Assembly: GCA_002269645.1 (NCBI GenBank)
Contig: NIVC01002408.1
Span: forward strand, 1 to 28,969
DNA from: Macrostomum lignano
Taxonomy: Eukaryota
Length of the DNA: 28,969 bases
Reading direction: 5' to 3'
This document shows positions 21,001-28,969 of the stretch, piece after piece. How positions within the stretch are numbered: position 1 is the first letter of the stretch; each line of letters starts with the position of its first letter. Below the pieces are notes generated by a model. It searched no databases, was not told the DNA's origin, and worked only from the letters and a program-made list of their open reading frames with translations. The translations under genes and the position numbers were made by a program.

Positions 21001-23202
21001 GCAAGAAACGTGCGCAAAGGTCAGGGGTACTGTTACACAACCTCACATATCACTGAAAATAATTTTTCATCTTCGTTTTTGGATATTTTCATTTTGAATT
21101 CGTGCTACTAACGTCTCAGAAAGACGTGGTAGTGTCTATGGAAAAAAGCAGAAATGCTCATTAAGCTAATCTGAGCTTTTGCGCGAGTGCAGATAATTCT
21201 TACCAAGTGCTTGCTTTCAACTTGAAATCTCTTTGCCAAATTGGGTTCTCTTCAGAGCCTCGAAAGTCAGCGAAGTCAAGTTTTTGTCCTTTGGTCAGTA
21301 GGATGGAGTGGAGCCAAGATTTCTGACCACTTATTCTCCATCCATGGTAAGAAAAGCCTGAAAAAACTGCCATTTACGAATGGATCGAACGCTTTAGAGA
21401 CGGTCCAGAAAATTCGTAGCCGGTGTTCCAGAACCGCAGTGAACTTGAAGGCTTCACTCGTCGCGTCATCCTGCATCATGAAATGCCTCGAACTGTTTTT
21501 GCCCAGGCCATCGACGGCATGCTTTCAAAGTGGCAGAGGTGTATTCAGCTGAATGGGGACTACGTGGAGAAGCCGCAGGCTGAGCTTGACGATTCGCTTT
21601 GAATTTTGAATCGGTGCATGTCCCAAGGATTCATCAACGGTATGAACTGTTCTGTGTTTTATTGTTTAAAATCATTGCCATAGATTTTTGAGGTTGTGTA
21701 ACACTACCCCTGACCTTTGCGCACGTTTCTTGCTGCAGCTCCTGAATAAAAACAGATATCAACATGCTTTTAACTTCATTTTCTTCGTGACAAAACTTCC
21801 TTTCATTTGACACCAAGGGCGTGAAACATCATGGCTCCGTTGAAGAGCTACGTTAGACATTCCGGGAACTTTTGGGACACCCCTCGTAAAATGGTACGGC
21901 GAAACTTGGAAGTCGAGATAAACCCTATTCGATTTGCGCGCTGGTATAAACGCGCACAGTGGTATAAGCGCGTATTCTGTTATAAGCGCGCCTTGCAGTT
22001 GTGCGCAGATTATTAACGAAAAGTAGCAGAAAAGCGCGCAGACATGAAAGTCAGTGCGCAAATTTTAAAACTGCTCGTATTGCAATATTTTCCCAACCCA
22101 TACTTTCTGGTAAGGTCGTTATTTCCATCTCTATTCCCTATCTTTTCCTTCCCTCTCGTTATCGACTTCAGAAGGCGCTGTAGAAAGTAGAAAGTACCTA
22201 ACGCTAAGGACCGTCAACCTCCTTTTTCCTCTTCATCAAGTCCTGCCCAGTTCACGGCTACACGCTCCTCAATTCCAAAACTCTCCCCCCTGTTTCCCCT
22301 ACCATCGCCTACGCATTCAATGAACAACCCCCCTCCTCTCCAAAATTCTGCCGGTCGCCACTCTAGTTGGGAAACACGGCATGAAGAGCTGGCTACAGAC
22401 AGGGGGCGATAGCATGAAGGCGCGCGGCGATCTCACTGTGAGCATAGCACACTCTTATTATTCAACAGTCAAAGCAGTTTTAACAACTTTGACGGGCTGC
22501 TTGACTTGAGAGGCTTGAGGAAAAATAACTGATATTTGGAGAGCTAAAGTGGATTAGGTGATGGGTTTCCTAACATGTGCGAGTCCTCCCGTGAGTCTCT
22601 GCCTCCCCCCCCTCCATGAAGCCTTCAGTGAGTCTCTGCCACCCACCCCTCCATGACAGGCTTCAGTGAATCTCTGCCACCCCCTCCATGACAGCCTTCA
22701 GTGAGTCTCTGCCACCCACCCCCTCCATGGCAGCCTTCAGCGAGTGTCTGCCACCCACCCTCTCCATGACAGCCTTCAGTGAGTCTCTGCCACCCCTCCA
22801 TGACAGCCTTCAGTGAGTCTCCGCCACCCACTCCCTCCATGACAGCCTTCAGTGAGTCTCTGCCACCCCTCAATGACAGCCTTTAGAAGAGCCCATTAAC
22901 CCTAACACATTCTGTAAGTCAGTTTTACAAATTAATCATAAAATATAAATTAGTTCTTACAGATTCTGTCGATCACATGCACCATTGTTCTGCCAGAGCC
23001 GATGCCAATAGTTTGACAATTCTAAAAAATTTTTCCAAATGTAAAAATGCCACAAATTAAAGTATACACTATACAATAACTAAATATTTCAAATGGAAAG
23101 GTGACTCACTTGCAAGTGTTCATCAACAGCAGCATAGGCTGCCTGCTTCCTTGCAACATCCTTTTTGTAATCTACACTGTTGTGACGATTTGTGGAATTC
23201 AT
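11821..23202 (-). CDS. RPIA: Ribose-5-phosphate isomerase A; five coding exons join(23110-23202, 22961-23021, 16379-16434, 12784-13122, 11821-12012), 741 bp, 246 aa
   Basis: All four introns are GT-AG and the phases are consistent (0,1,0,0). RpiA motifs GIGSG.T, IPTSYQA, D.ADE, KGGGGCLLQEKIV, GIPLEVVP, GPVVTDNGNF and MPGVIETGLF. In-frame TGA at 23230-23232 upstream of the ATG. Confidence 0.95.
12030..12772. repeat. 32-bp minisatellite, about 23 near-identical copies, filling RpiA intron 4 (12013-12783)
   Basis: Unit tacctgagataccgatcacaaatctcattatc; starts at 12061 and 12093. Confidence 0.95.
12784..13122 (-). CDS. RPIA: RpiA coding exon 4 (AKHLILERG...LRESLGKL), 339 bp
   Basis: Acceptor gctaac...ccccAG and donor TTG|GTGAGC; contains DSADE and KGGGGCLLQEKIV. 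Confidence 0.95.
13160..14285. repeat. 20-25-bp minisatellite (tgacctttgacccattgtctaaca) in RpiA intron 3, split by a MULE-like MITE
   Basis: Repeated TGACC(T/C)TTGACCC...TTGTCTAACA units with 20-bp variants (cgttgacccattgtctaaca). Confidence 0.9.
13378..13854. mobile_element. Mutator-like (9-bp TSD) non-autonomous element, 477 bp
   Basis: TSD cataactcc (13369-13377 and 13855-13863). GGG...CCC ends and long imperfect inverted arms built from TTGCCCGC/GCGGGCAA motifs. An empty-site paralogue lies at about 14064-14100. Confidence 0.85.
14644..16368. repeat. 34-bp minisatellite, about 50 copies, in RpiA intron 3
   Basis: Unit catcagtagcaacccagtgaccaaccctcctgt(g/c); starts at 14644 and 14678; ends 10 nt from the exon 3 boundary. 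Confidence 0.95.
16379..16434 (-). CDS. RPIA: RpiA coding exon 3 (ELIRQRGWSVRCIPTSYQ), 56 bp
   Basis: Acceptor cccgcAG and donor CAG|GTGAGC; conserved CIPTS(F/Y)Q motif. Confidence 0.93.
16548..17580. repeat. 25-bp minisatellite, about 41 copies, in RpiA intron 2
   Basis: Unit tggcgccaaatagtcaggatttca(t/g) with variant tggcacaaaa; starts at 16571 and 16596. Confidence 0.95.
18112..18322. repeat. 17-18-bp minisatellite, about 12 copies
   Basis: Unit gtaacaggtgaaaccct. Confidence 0.9.
19009..19853. repeat. Heterogeneous 16-22-bp satellite (tgtgtgcatagctg + variable spacer)
   Basis: Core tgtgcatagctg alternates with ag, gg, gggg or agatggg spacers. Confidence 0.9.
19854..20275. repeat. Homogeneous 15-bp satellite, about 28 copies
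   Basis: Unit gttatgtgcatggc(t/a). Confidence 0.95.
20848..21886 (+). mobile_element. Internally deleted mariner derivative with 198-bp TIRs, 1039 bp, in RpiA intron 2
   Basis: TA TSD (20846-20847 and 21887-21888). TIRs 20848-21045 and 21689-21886 differ at one position. Internal remnants of the HTH (KTAIYEWIERFRDG) are joined to the C-terminus (WQRCIQLNGDYVEK); the catalytic DDD region is absent. Confidence 0.92.
22590..22885. repeat. About 38-bp C-rich minisatellite, about 8 copies, near the 5' end of RpiA intron 2
   Basis: Unit gacagccttcagtgagtctctgccacccacccctccat. Confidence 0.88.
22961..23021 (-). CDS. RPIA: RpiA coding exon 2 (NCQTIGIGSGRTMVHVIDRI), 61 bp
   Basis: Acceptor ttttAG and donor T|GTAAGA; the trailing T plus CT of exon 3 forms Ser. 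Not present in the supplied ORF track. Confidence 0.92.
23110..23202 (-). CDS. RPIA: RpiA coding exon 1 (MNSTNRHNSVDYKKDVARKQAAYAAVDEHLQ), 93 bp
   Basis: Donor CAA|GTGAGT and an 88-bp intron 1. ARKQAAYAAVDEH matches the RpiA N-terminal helix. A possible 5'UTR acceptor ttgcAG lies at 23250-23252. Confidence 0.88.
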
Positions 23203-25348
23203 TGTTCTTGTTTTTAGATTGTTTAATATTCAATGATTCATTAAAATATCTGCAATTTTTGTTTGGATGCAGCTGTTAATTGAATATACAACTATGAACA
23301 TAATTAATTTATTTCAACCTACCTATAACAAATATAAAAATTCATGCTATTCATAAATCTTTTAAAATAAAATAAAATGATCAATTTTAGGCTAATGATG
23401 ATATTTGCAGATTTGAATAGGCTAAATGCAACTAAAATGCCTATTTTGAATTATAGAAATCAATCAAAATTATGATTTGCCTATTGTCTATGCTCATTAA
23501 GGCTAATTGTCAAAGCAAAATATTTTTATGTTTTTATATACTAGCAAACTGAAATATCTTCTGTGACACTTATAGACTTAGACTATAATGATATATGCAA
23601 CCTCTAAATGTCCTTTGAACATGCAAAACTAGTCCAAGAAAAATAGAACTGTTATGTGTACTATATAGCAGCAGATGCTAAACTCCTAGCATATACCACT
23701 AGGCCTATCAATTATCAAAGCTATTATATTATATATACATAGTTGCATTGAAATATGACAATATTTTTTTTGAGGTGAGTATCTTATAATAATATTAAAA
23801 TGCACATAGTATCTTATTACTATTATATACAAAGAAATAATTTGATTTAAGTTAATATAAGCCTAATATAAACATTTTGATAAATATAATACTAAACAAA
23901 TATTTTTTTGTAATTATACAATATCACTTTATTAAACCTCCTTACTTTGTGCAATCAATTTTTTATCAACTCCCTTGGCCACCTCCAAGTCTATTAAGGC
24001 ATTGATATATATGCTAAAGGTGTGATCTGACCCTCCTATATATAGCATGCAATGCTGTAAATTCTCACATATATGGTATACACTTAGGACTATAGGACAA
24101 GGCTAGATTTCCTACTATAAATAATAAGCAATTGGCTAAATTTTATAATTATATTCAAGTAAAAGCCACAATATACTGTAAGGCCAATTTCATGGCCTAC
24201 TTTTTTTCAAAGGGAGCAATATGACTTTATCTCTAGTATAAATTAACATTGCTCTGCCACCTATCATTATGACATTATAGTAAATATATTAGGCCTATAG
24301 TAAAGAAGAATATATTTTATCATCATAGTTGCCATATAAATTCATGAGCATCATGGCATAGCCATATAGGCCTAGGCATAGTCATACTTATACATAGTGA
24401 TACTCAAATAAGAACAATATAGGCCCCCTACAATGATTATATTAGATCAGGGCCTACTATTAGATCAATCATTACATTTACAAAATGATTTCACAATATA
24501 TAAAACTTCTAAAAACTAACTTTATTTTGTGCAGGCCTATATTATAAGTGAAATTATATACAATTATAGTCATAGATTAGGTTTCAAAGTGTGTTAGGCC
24601 CTGCTATAATTTAACTTTAGTTTTTTGGTACAAAATACAAACATGCATAGAAAATAGAGCAAGAATGAGGAATAGTGAGGTATCACCTCCTATAAATAAG
24701 TTTGAATGATTCAATTGATACTTGTCTACTATCTTGATTCTCCAGACTTAAGTGTTGTACTGTACTAGTGCTAATTATATCCCTTTATAATAGTATTCTT
24801 GAATATTCTTTCCATGTAATATCTGTATAATCGAATAATATTGTAGCCTTTCTTAGAAATCACCTGTATAACTTTTGCTGACACATTTTCAGACAGATCT
24901 TCCGACACTTTTTATGACACTTAAAATGTTGCAAAAAGTGTCTGAAAAGTGTCGTATGGTTAACTTCTACCAACATATCTTCCGACACTTAAAATGTTGC
25001 TTCTTAGAGCTAGGTGATGTGTATATATAGCTCGTACTATTCATGTAAGCTTATATGTATGTTTGTTAAGTACGCACTACTTAGAAGCCTGCAGTGCACA
25101 TTTTAATTGTGTTGCGCGTTTTTGTTATAAATGTATCGGGAAATCAGGGGTATATATAAGAGCAATTTTGCAGCAAATAAACTCTAACTGGCTTTTACCT
25201 ATGAGCAAATATTGCAAACAAAATAAGCAGTTCAATCTATACATTTCAAAGTCTTTCAAGTTAAATAGCAACTTATTCATTTACAAAAGCTGAGAGCAGT
25301 ACCAAGAAACTTGCTAAGAGAAGGGAATCGGGGAATAATTCACAGAAG

Positions 25349-25697
25349 TGTAGGCCTATTACGAGAGGCGTCGTGACCCTCTAGTCTCATCTCAGTAAAT
25401 GCCCGATCAGGACTATCTACTAATTCATGTACCAGTACTAGACCGCTCAGGCGATAAGCTACCAGAACGCTACTAAGAATGCTACCCAGAAATATTTACA
25501 TGGAATTCTAAGAAACAAGTAGAAATTGAAAAGAGAGAAATAAAAAACCCTGTTACAACTTGGTGGCAATTAGTGGGATAGTTGGAGGACAGAAATAAGC
25601 CCTACGACAACTTTGTGGCAGCTCGTAGGATATTCAATAAACACTAGCATCAATATAGTTATGAGTTTAGAAAGACAGAGCCGAAAGGCCTGTCACA
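25349..25697 (+). mobile_element. LTR-retroelement-like relic C (least decayed) with paired PBS-like motifs
   Basis: TG...aataaa...tgttaCA followed by tggtggcaattagtgggat (25561) and, about 52 nt later, ttgtggcagctcgtaggat (25613). Shares gctaccagaa...aagaatgcta with relic B. No TSD found. Confidence 0.5.
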
Positions 25698-26429
25698 GTA
25701 CATTAAACATTTATAATTATATACAATATTATATTATTTATCAATATCATACACATCAAAAAGAAAAGGTACAATGATTCTAAATCTGAATTTGAACTTA
25801 TATGCACAAAACAGACTTTTTAATGGTTTGAACAGTAGGCCTACCCTAATACAAACAAGTACACTTCTGACCATTCGTTTTTGAATGTTTGACTGTTTTT
25901 GATTGACTTTGAACACAAAATATAGTTCGTTTCTAGGAATTTATTTTTCAAACTTTACCAAAATTAGGGTGCCTGTTTGTTTTTTAAAAACCCGCAACTT
26001 TTTTATAGCCATAACGCCGCATCAAATTTTGTGTGGTCTATTAAATTACAAACTTTAATTTTATAAATGTTGTTTTAAAGCTGTTTAATACTCTCAAACA
26101 GTGAAGGGAAAAGATTAGCTCTTTCCTACCGGACTCTACTATTTCTACTGTGTGGCGGCCAGACTGGTGAGCGGGACCCGCCTGTACACAGGCCCCTGCA
26201 CGCCTGGCTGCTGGGGAGTTTTGCCCAGCCAGCCAGTTCGATCTGACTCACACCTCCCGTTAAAGTATAAATGACTATGCTTAAACAAATATACGCAAGA
26301 GCTTTTTGCTCGCTTGCCACTTTTAAAGCTACCACTCGCAAGCCGCTTTAACCGGATATTTTAAACGAGAGCTAAAATCTTTCATTCCTTTGACTGCGTG
26401 TGTATAGAAATGAAAACCTACATTCCCAC

Positions 26430-26706
26430 AAGAAGAATAGGCATTTAATATGCAGTTAAAAACGAAAAGTTTTGATCTGGTAATTTTTCCTAAGACTTAC
26501 TATAAGCATTGAGGGGAGGGGCAATGCAGAAAAAATCTGCCGCGTGGCAAAATGCGCTACAGGACAAAACATAGCGGGCAAACCAGCTCCTTCGGCGGGC
26601 AAATCGCTCGCTGGCAATTCACTCGCGGGCAAAATGCACTTCGGGGAAATCTCAGCGGGAGTATAGCTCGGCGGGCAATTCGTCTACTGGCAATTCTCAT
26701 GGACCC
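26430..26706. mobile_element. Partial, diverged, inverted copy of the MULE-like element at 13378-13854
   Basis: Ends caattctcatggaccc (reverse complement of gggtccatgagaattg). Internal sequence matches the reverse complement of about 13378-13610. The other end was not found. Confidence 0.75.
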
Positions 26707-26799
26707 TTGGTTCTTGCCGGTTCTGGCAGGTGGCTATAGCCGATTTGCTGCATGGAACGTGACACCCTTTGCTCTCTCTCTCTCTCGCCCATTGTTTTC

Positions 26800-26890
26800 G
26801 ACCCGCGGCCGATTGGCCAGTCAGTCCCTCCTATCGATCCTTTAAATTCTCTCTCCTCCGCACCGCGCTGATTGGCTGCATGGCCACTCA
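26800..26890. promoter_or_regulatory. Candidate promoter: two inverted CCAAT boxes in a CpG-rich island
   Basis: gattggcc (about 26811) and gattggct (about 26870) followed by a pyrimidine-rich tract; about 3.6 kb upstream of the RpiA ATG. The target gene is undetermined. Confidence 0.35.
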
Positions 26891-27134
26891 TCCTCAACTC
26901 TCTCCCTCCTTTCTCTTTTTAGTGTTAAATTTTGCCGTCTGGCTAACCTCCTCCCCTAACCTTGGCTCGTTCGGCGACACCTCGTCGTGTGATACTGGTA
27001 TTTGCTCTGAAACTGTGTGCTGTTTCTGTGCCGCCGTTTCACTGCGAAGACTCGATCGATTCATTGCGAAGATTTTATTCGGAAAATCAACAATCGAACG
27101 GCAAAATAGCTATAGCCCAGTAAATCTAGTATAG

Positions 27135-27432
27135 GCTCTACAGCTCGATCTGTGCGTCCTCTGTGAGGCCTCTGGACCCAGGCTCTACTCTGTGCGTCTT
27201 CTGTAAGGCCTCTGGACCCAGGCTCTACTCTGTGCGTCTTCTGTAAGGCCTCTGGACCCAGGCTCTACTCTGTGCGTCTTCTGTAAGGCCTCTGGACCCA
27301 GGCTCTACTCTGTGCGTCTTCTGTAAGGCCTCTGGACCCAGGCTCTACTATACCCTGTGCGTCCTGTGACGCCACTGGACCCCGGCTCTACTCTGTGCGT
27401 CCTGTGACGCCACTGGACCTAGGCTCTACTCT
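27135..27432. repeat. 40-bp minisatellite, about 7 copies
   Basis: Unit ggctctactctgtgcgtcttctgtaaggcctctggaccca. Confidence 0.9.
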
Positions 27433-28276
27433 ATGAGCGAAATTATTGTCAGTGTGTACCAACGTCTTACATGTTTTTTTTATATATACATGTATCCCCA
27501 GAGCGTCCCAACGTCTGATACTGTACGAGTCGTACATACAAATTTTGTTTCGTAGTTATTCATTTTGGGAACCCGAACTGACCCTTGTCTTTACATTACA
27601 ATCAAAAGCAATGGATAGAATATTTTTAACGAAACGATTACATCTATTTACCACAGACTACTTACAGTAGAAGGACGAGAAGGTACAATTAGTTTCGTAG
27701 AAATATTTTTACAATCGAATTTTCCAGAGAAATATAACTCCTAGTGATCATTGCCATGGTTGCGGTTGATCTGGGCATGTCTGAGAAATTGCTTGTTTCG
27801 GCCAAATTGCATAAATAGTAATTAAATCTGTTTAATAACTTTTGCTGTAACATTCTGTATAGCTGAAATTGGACTAATGTCGACTAGCTTGCTATCTGCA
27901 AAAATAATCTACAAAAATATTGTGGCCTTAATTTTTGTTCCTGTCGAAATGACTTGCTTGTGAAGTTGGCATTGAGTAGCGAGCGACAACTGTGCAACAG
28001 TTATAAATGCGTGGCCGAACAGATTCTTCATCCAGAAAAATCGACCTCATCATCGCAGAATCTTGTCGTTATTAGATTTATTTGCGGCTGTGCCTGTGCA
28101 GCGTTTTGTTATTCGGTTCGGTCACTAGGAAAAATTTCATCATTCTAATCGTGTTGGCTAATCTGTGCTTCAAGTTTTCTGTCTTGGATCATGTTCAGTC
28201 GGATTCTTTCCGTTGTCTGTCCCCCGGTCACTGTCGCCTTGGTTCCAAGCATATCGCATGCCAGATATATTGAAAA

Positions 28277-28402
28277 TTAGAATTGGTCTTGTGGAGGATC
28301 GAGTGGCTCTCCTGAACTACACGTGCAGTGACCGCATGGCAAACGGACGATGCGAGCCGGCTGATCGAGAAGAGCCAGAGAAGTCAGTTCGACTGCAGAT
28401 TT
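28277..28402 (-). CDS. Possible terminal exon of a gene entering from beyond the window
   Basis: Acceptor atttattttAG, GC-rich frame KSAVELTSLALLDQPARIVRLPCGHCTCSSGEPLDPPQDQF*, and a minisatellite upstream as in the RpiA introns. Weak support. Confidence 0.22.
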   Translation of the reverse strand, partial: KSAVELTSLALLDQPARIVRLPCGHCTCSSGEPLDPPQDQF

Positions 28403-28507
28403 CTAAAATAAATTCTACCTCGTAAAGAAATTTCATGTTGAGAATATTTTGTTTCTTGCGTTGAAAATTTGATAAAATTGAACATACTTTGTAGATGTGA
28501 ATGTAGT

Positions 28508-28969
28508 TTTAGTCACGGTGAATACTGTTTTAGTCACGGTGAACACTGTTCTAGTCACGGTGAATACTATAGTCACGTGAATACTATTCTATTCACGGTA
28601 AATACTATTCTAGTCACGGTAAATACTGTTCTATCACGGTGATACTATAGTCACGGTGAATACTATTCTATTCACCGTGAATACTATTCTAGTCACGGTA
28701 AATACTGTTCTAGTCACTTTGAATACTGTTCTAGTCACTTTGAATACTGTTCTAGTCACTTTGAATACTGTTCTAGTCAACTTCTGATAATACTGTTCTA
28801 GTCACGGTGAATACTGTTCTAGTCACTGAATACTCTAGTCACTATTAATACTGTTCTAGTCACTTTGAATACTGTTCTAGTCACGTGAATACGTCTACAC
28901 TTTGAATACTGTTCTAGTCACGGTGAAATTACTGTTCTAGTCACGGTGAATATTGTTCTAGTCACGGTG
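28508..28969. repeat. About 21-bp minisatellite running off the window end
   Basis: Unit tagtcacggtgaatactgttc with tagtcactttga variants. Confidence 0.92.

Noticed and set aside
26126-26341. 71-aa ORF as an N-terminal extension of RpiA
   Set aside because: The in-frame TGA at 23230-23232 blocks extension through the acceptor at 23250, and there is no RpiA similarity.
28165-28425. Plus-strand 86-aa ORF, and a RING finger call for the antisense LPCGHCTC
   Set aside because: The plus ORF has no recognisable motif; the antisense peptide lacks the remaining RING cysteines.

Overview
This is eukaryotic, most likely invertebrate-animal, genomic DNA dominated by repeats. The one recognisable host gene is a five-exon ribose-5-phosphate isomerase A (RpiA) on the minus strand. 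Its 741-bp CDS (246 aa) spans 11821-23202 with canonical GT-AG introns, and three of its four introns are filled with unrelated minisatellites and transposons. A possible two-exon orphan gene lies at 219-1856 (minus). Mobile DNA includes a DD34D mariner with a frameshift and a nested MITE, an internally deleted mariner with 198-bp near-perfect TIRs, and a 9-bp-TSD Mutator-like MITE. It also includes decayed hAT, mariner and Penelope-like coding remnants and LTR-like relics with paired tRNA-Leu-type primer sites. Two observations stand out. (1) A family of 8-bp-TSD MITEs (TIR CATACATGCGCAAC) carries a 64-nt copy of the conserved 28S rRNA H69-H71 segment; four diverged copies keep the flanks but have replaced the bases at the R2/I-PpoI cleavage site. 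(2) Sharply bounded, almost CpG-free domains show CG->TA double conversion and some CpA->TpA changes, resembling fungal RIP. All alignments and counts were done by eye, and reference motifs are recalled from knowledge rather than searched.
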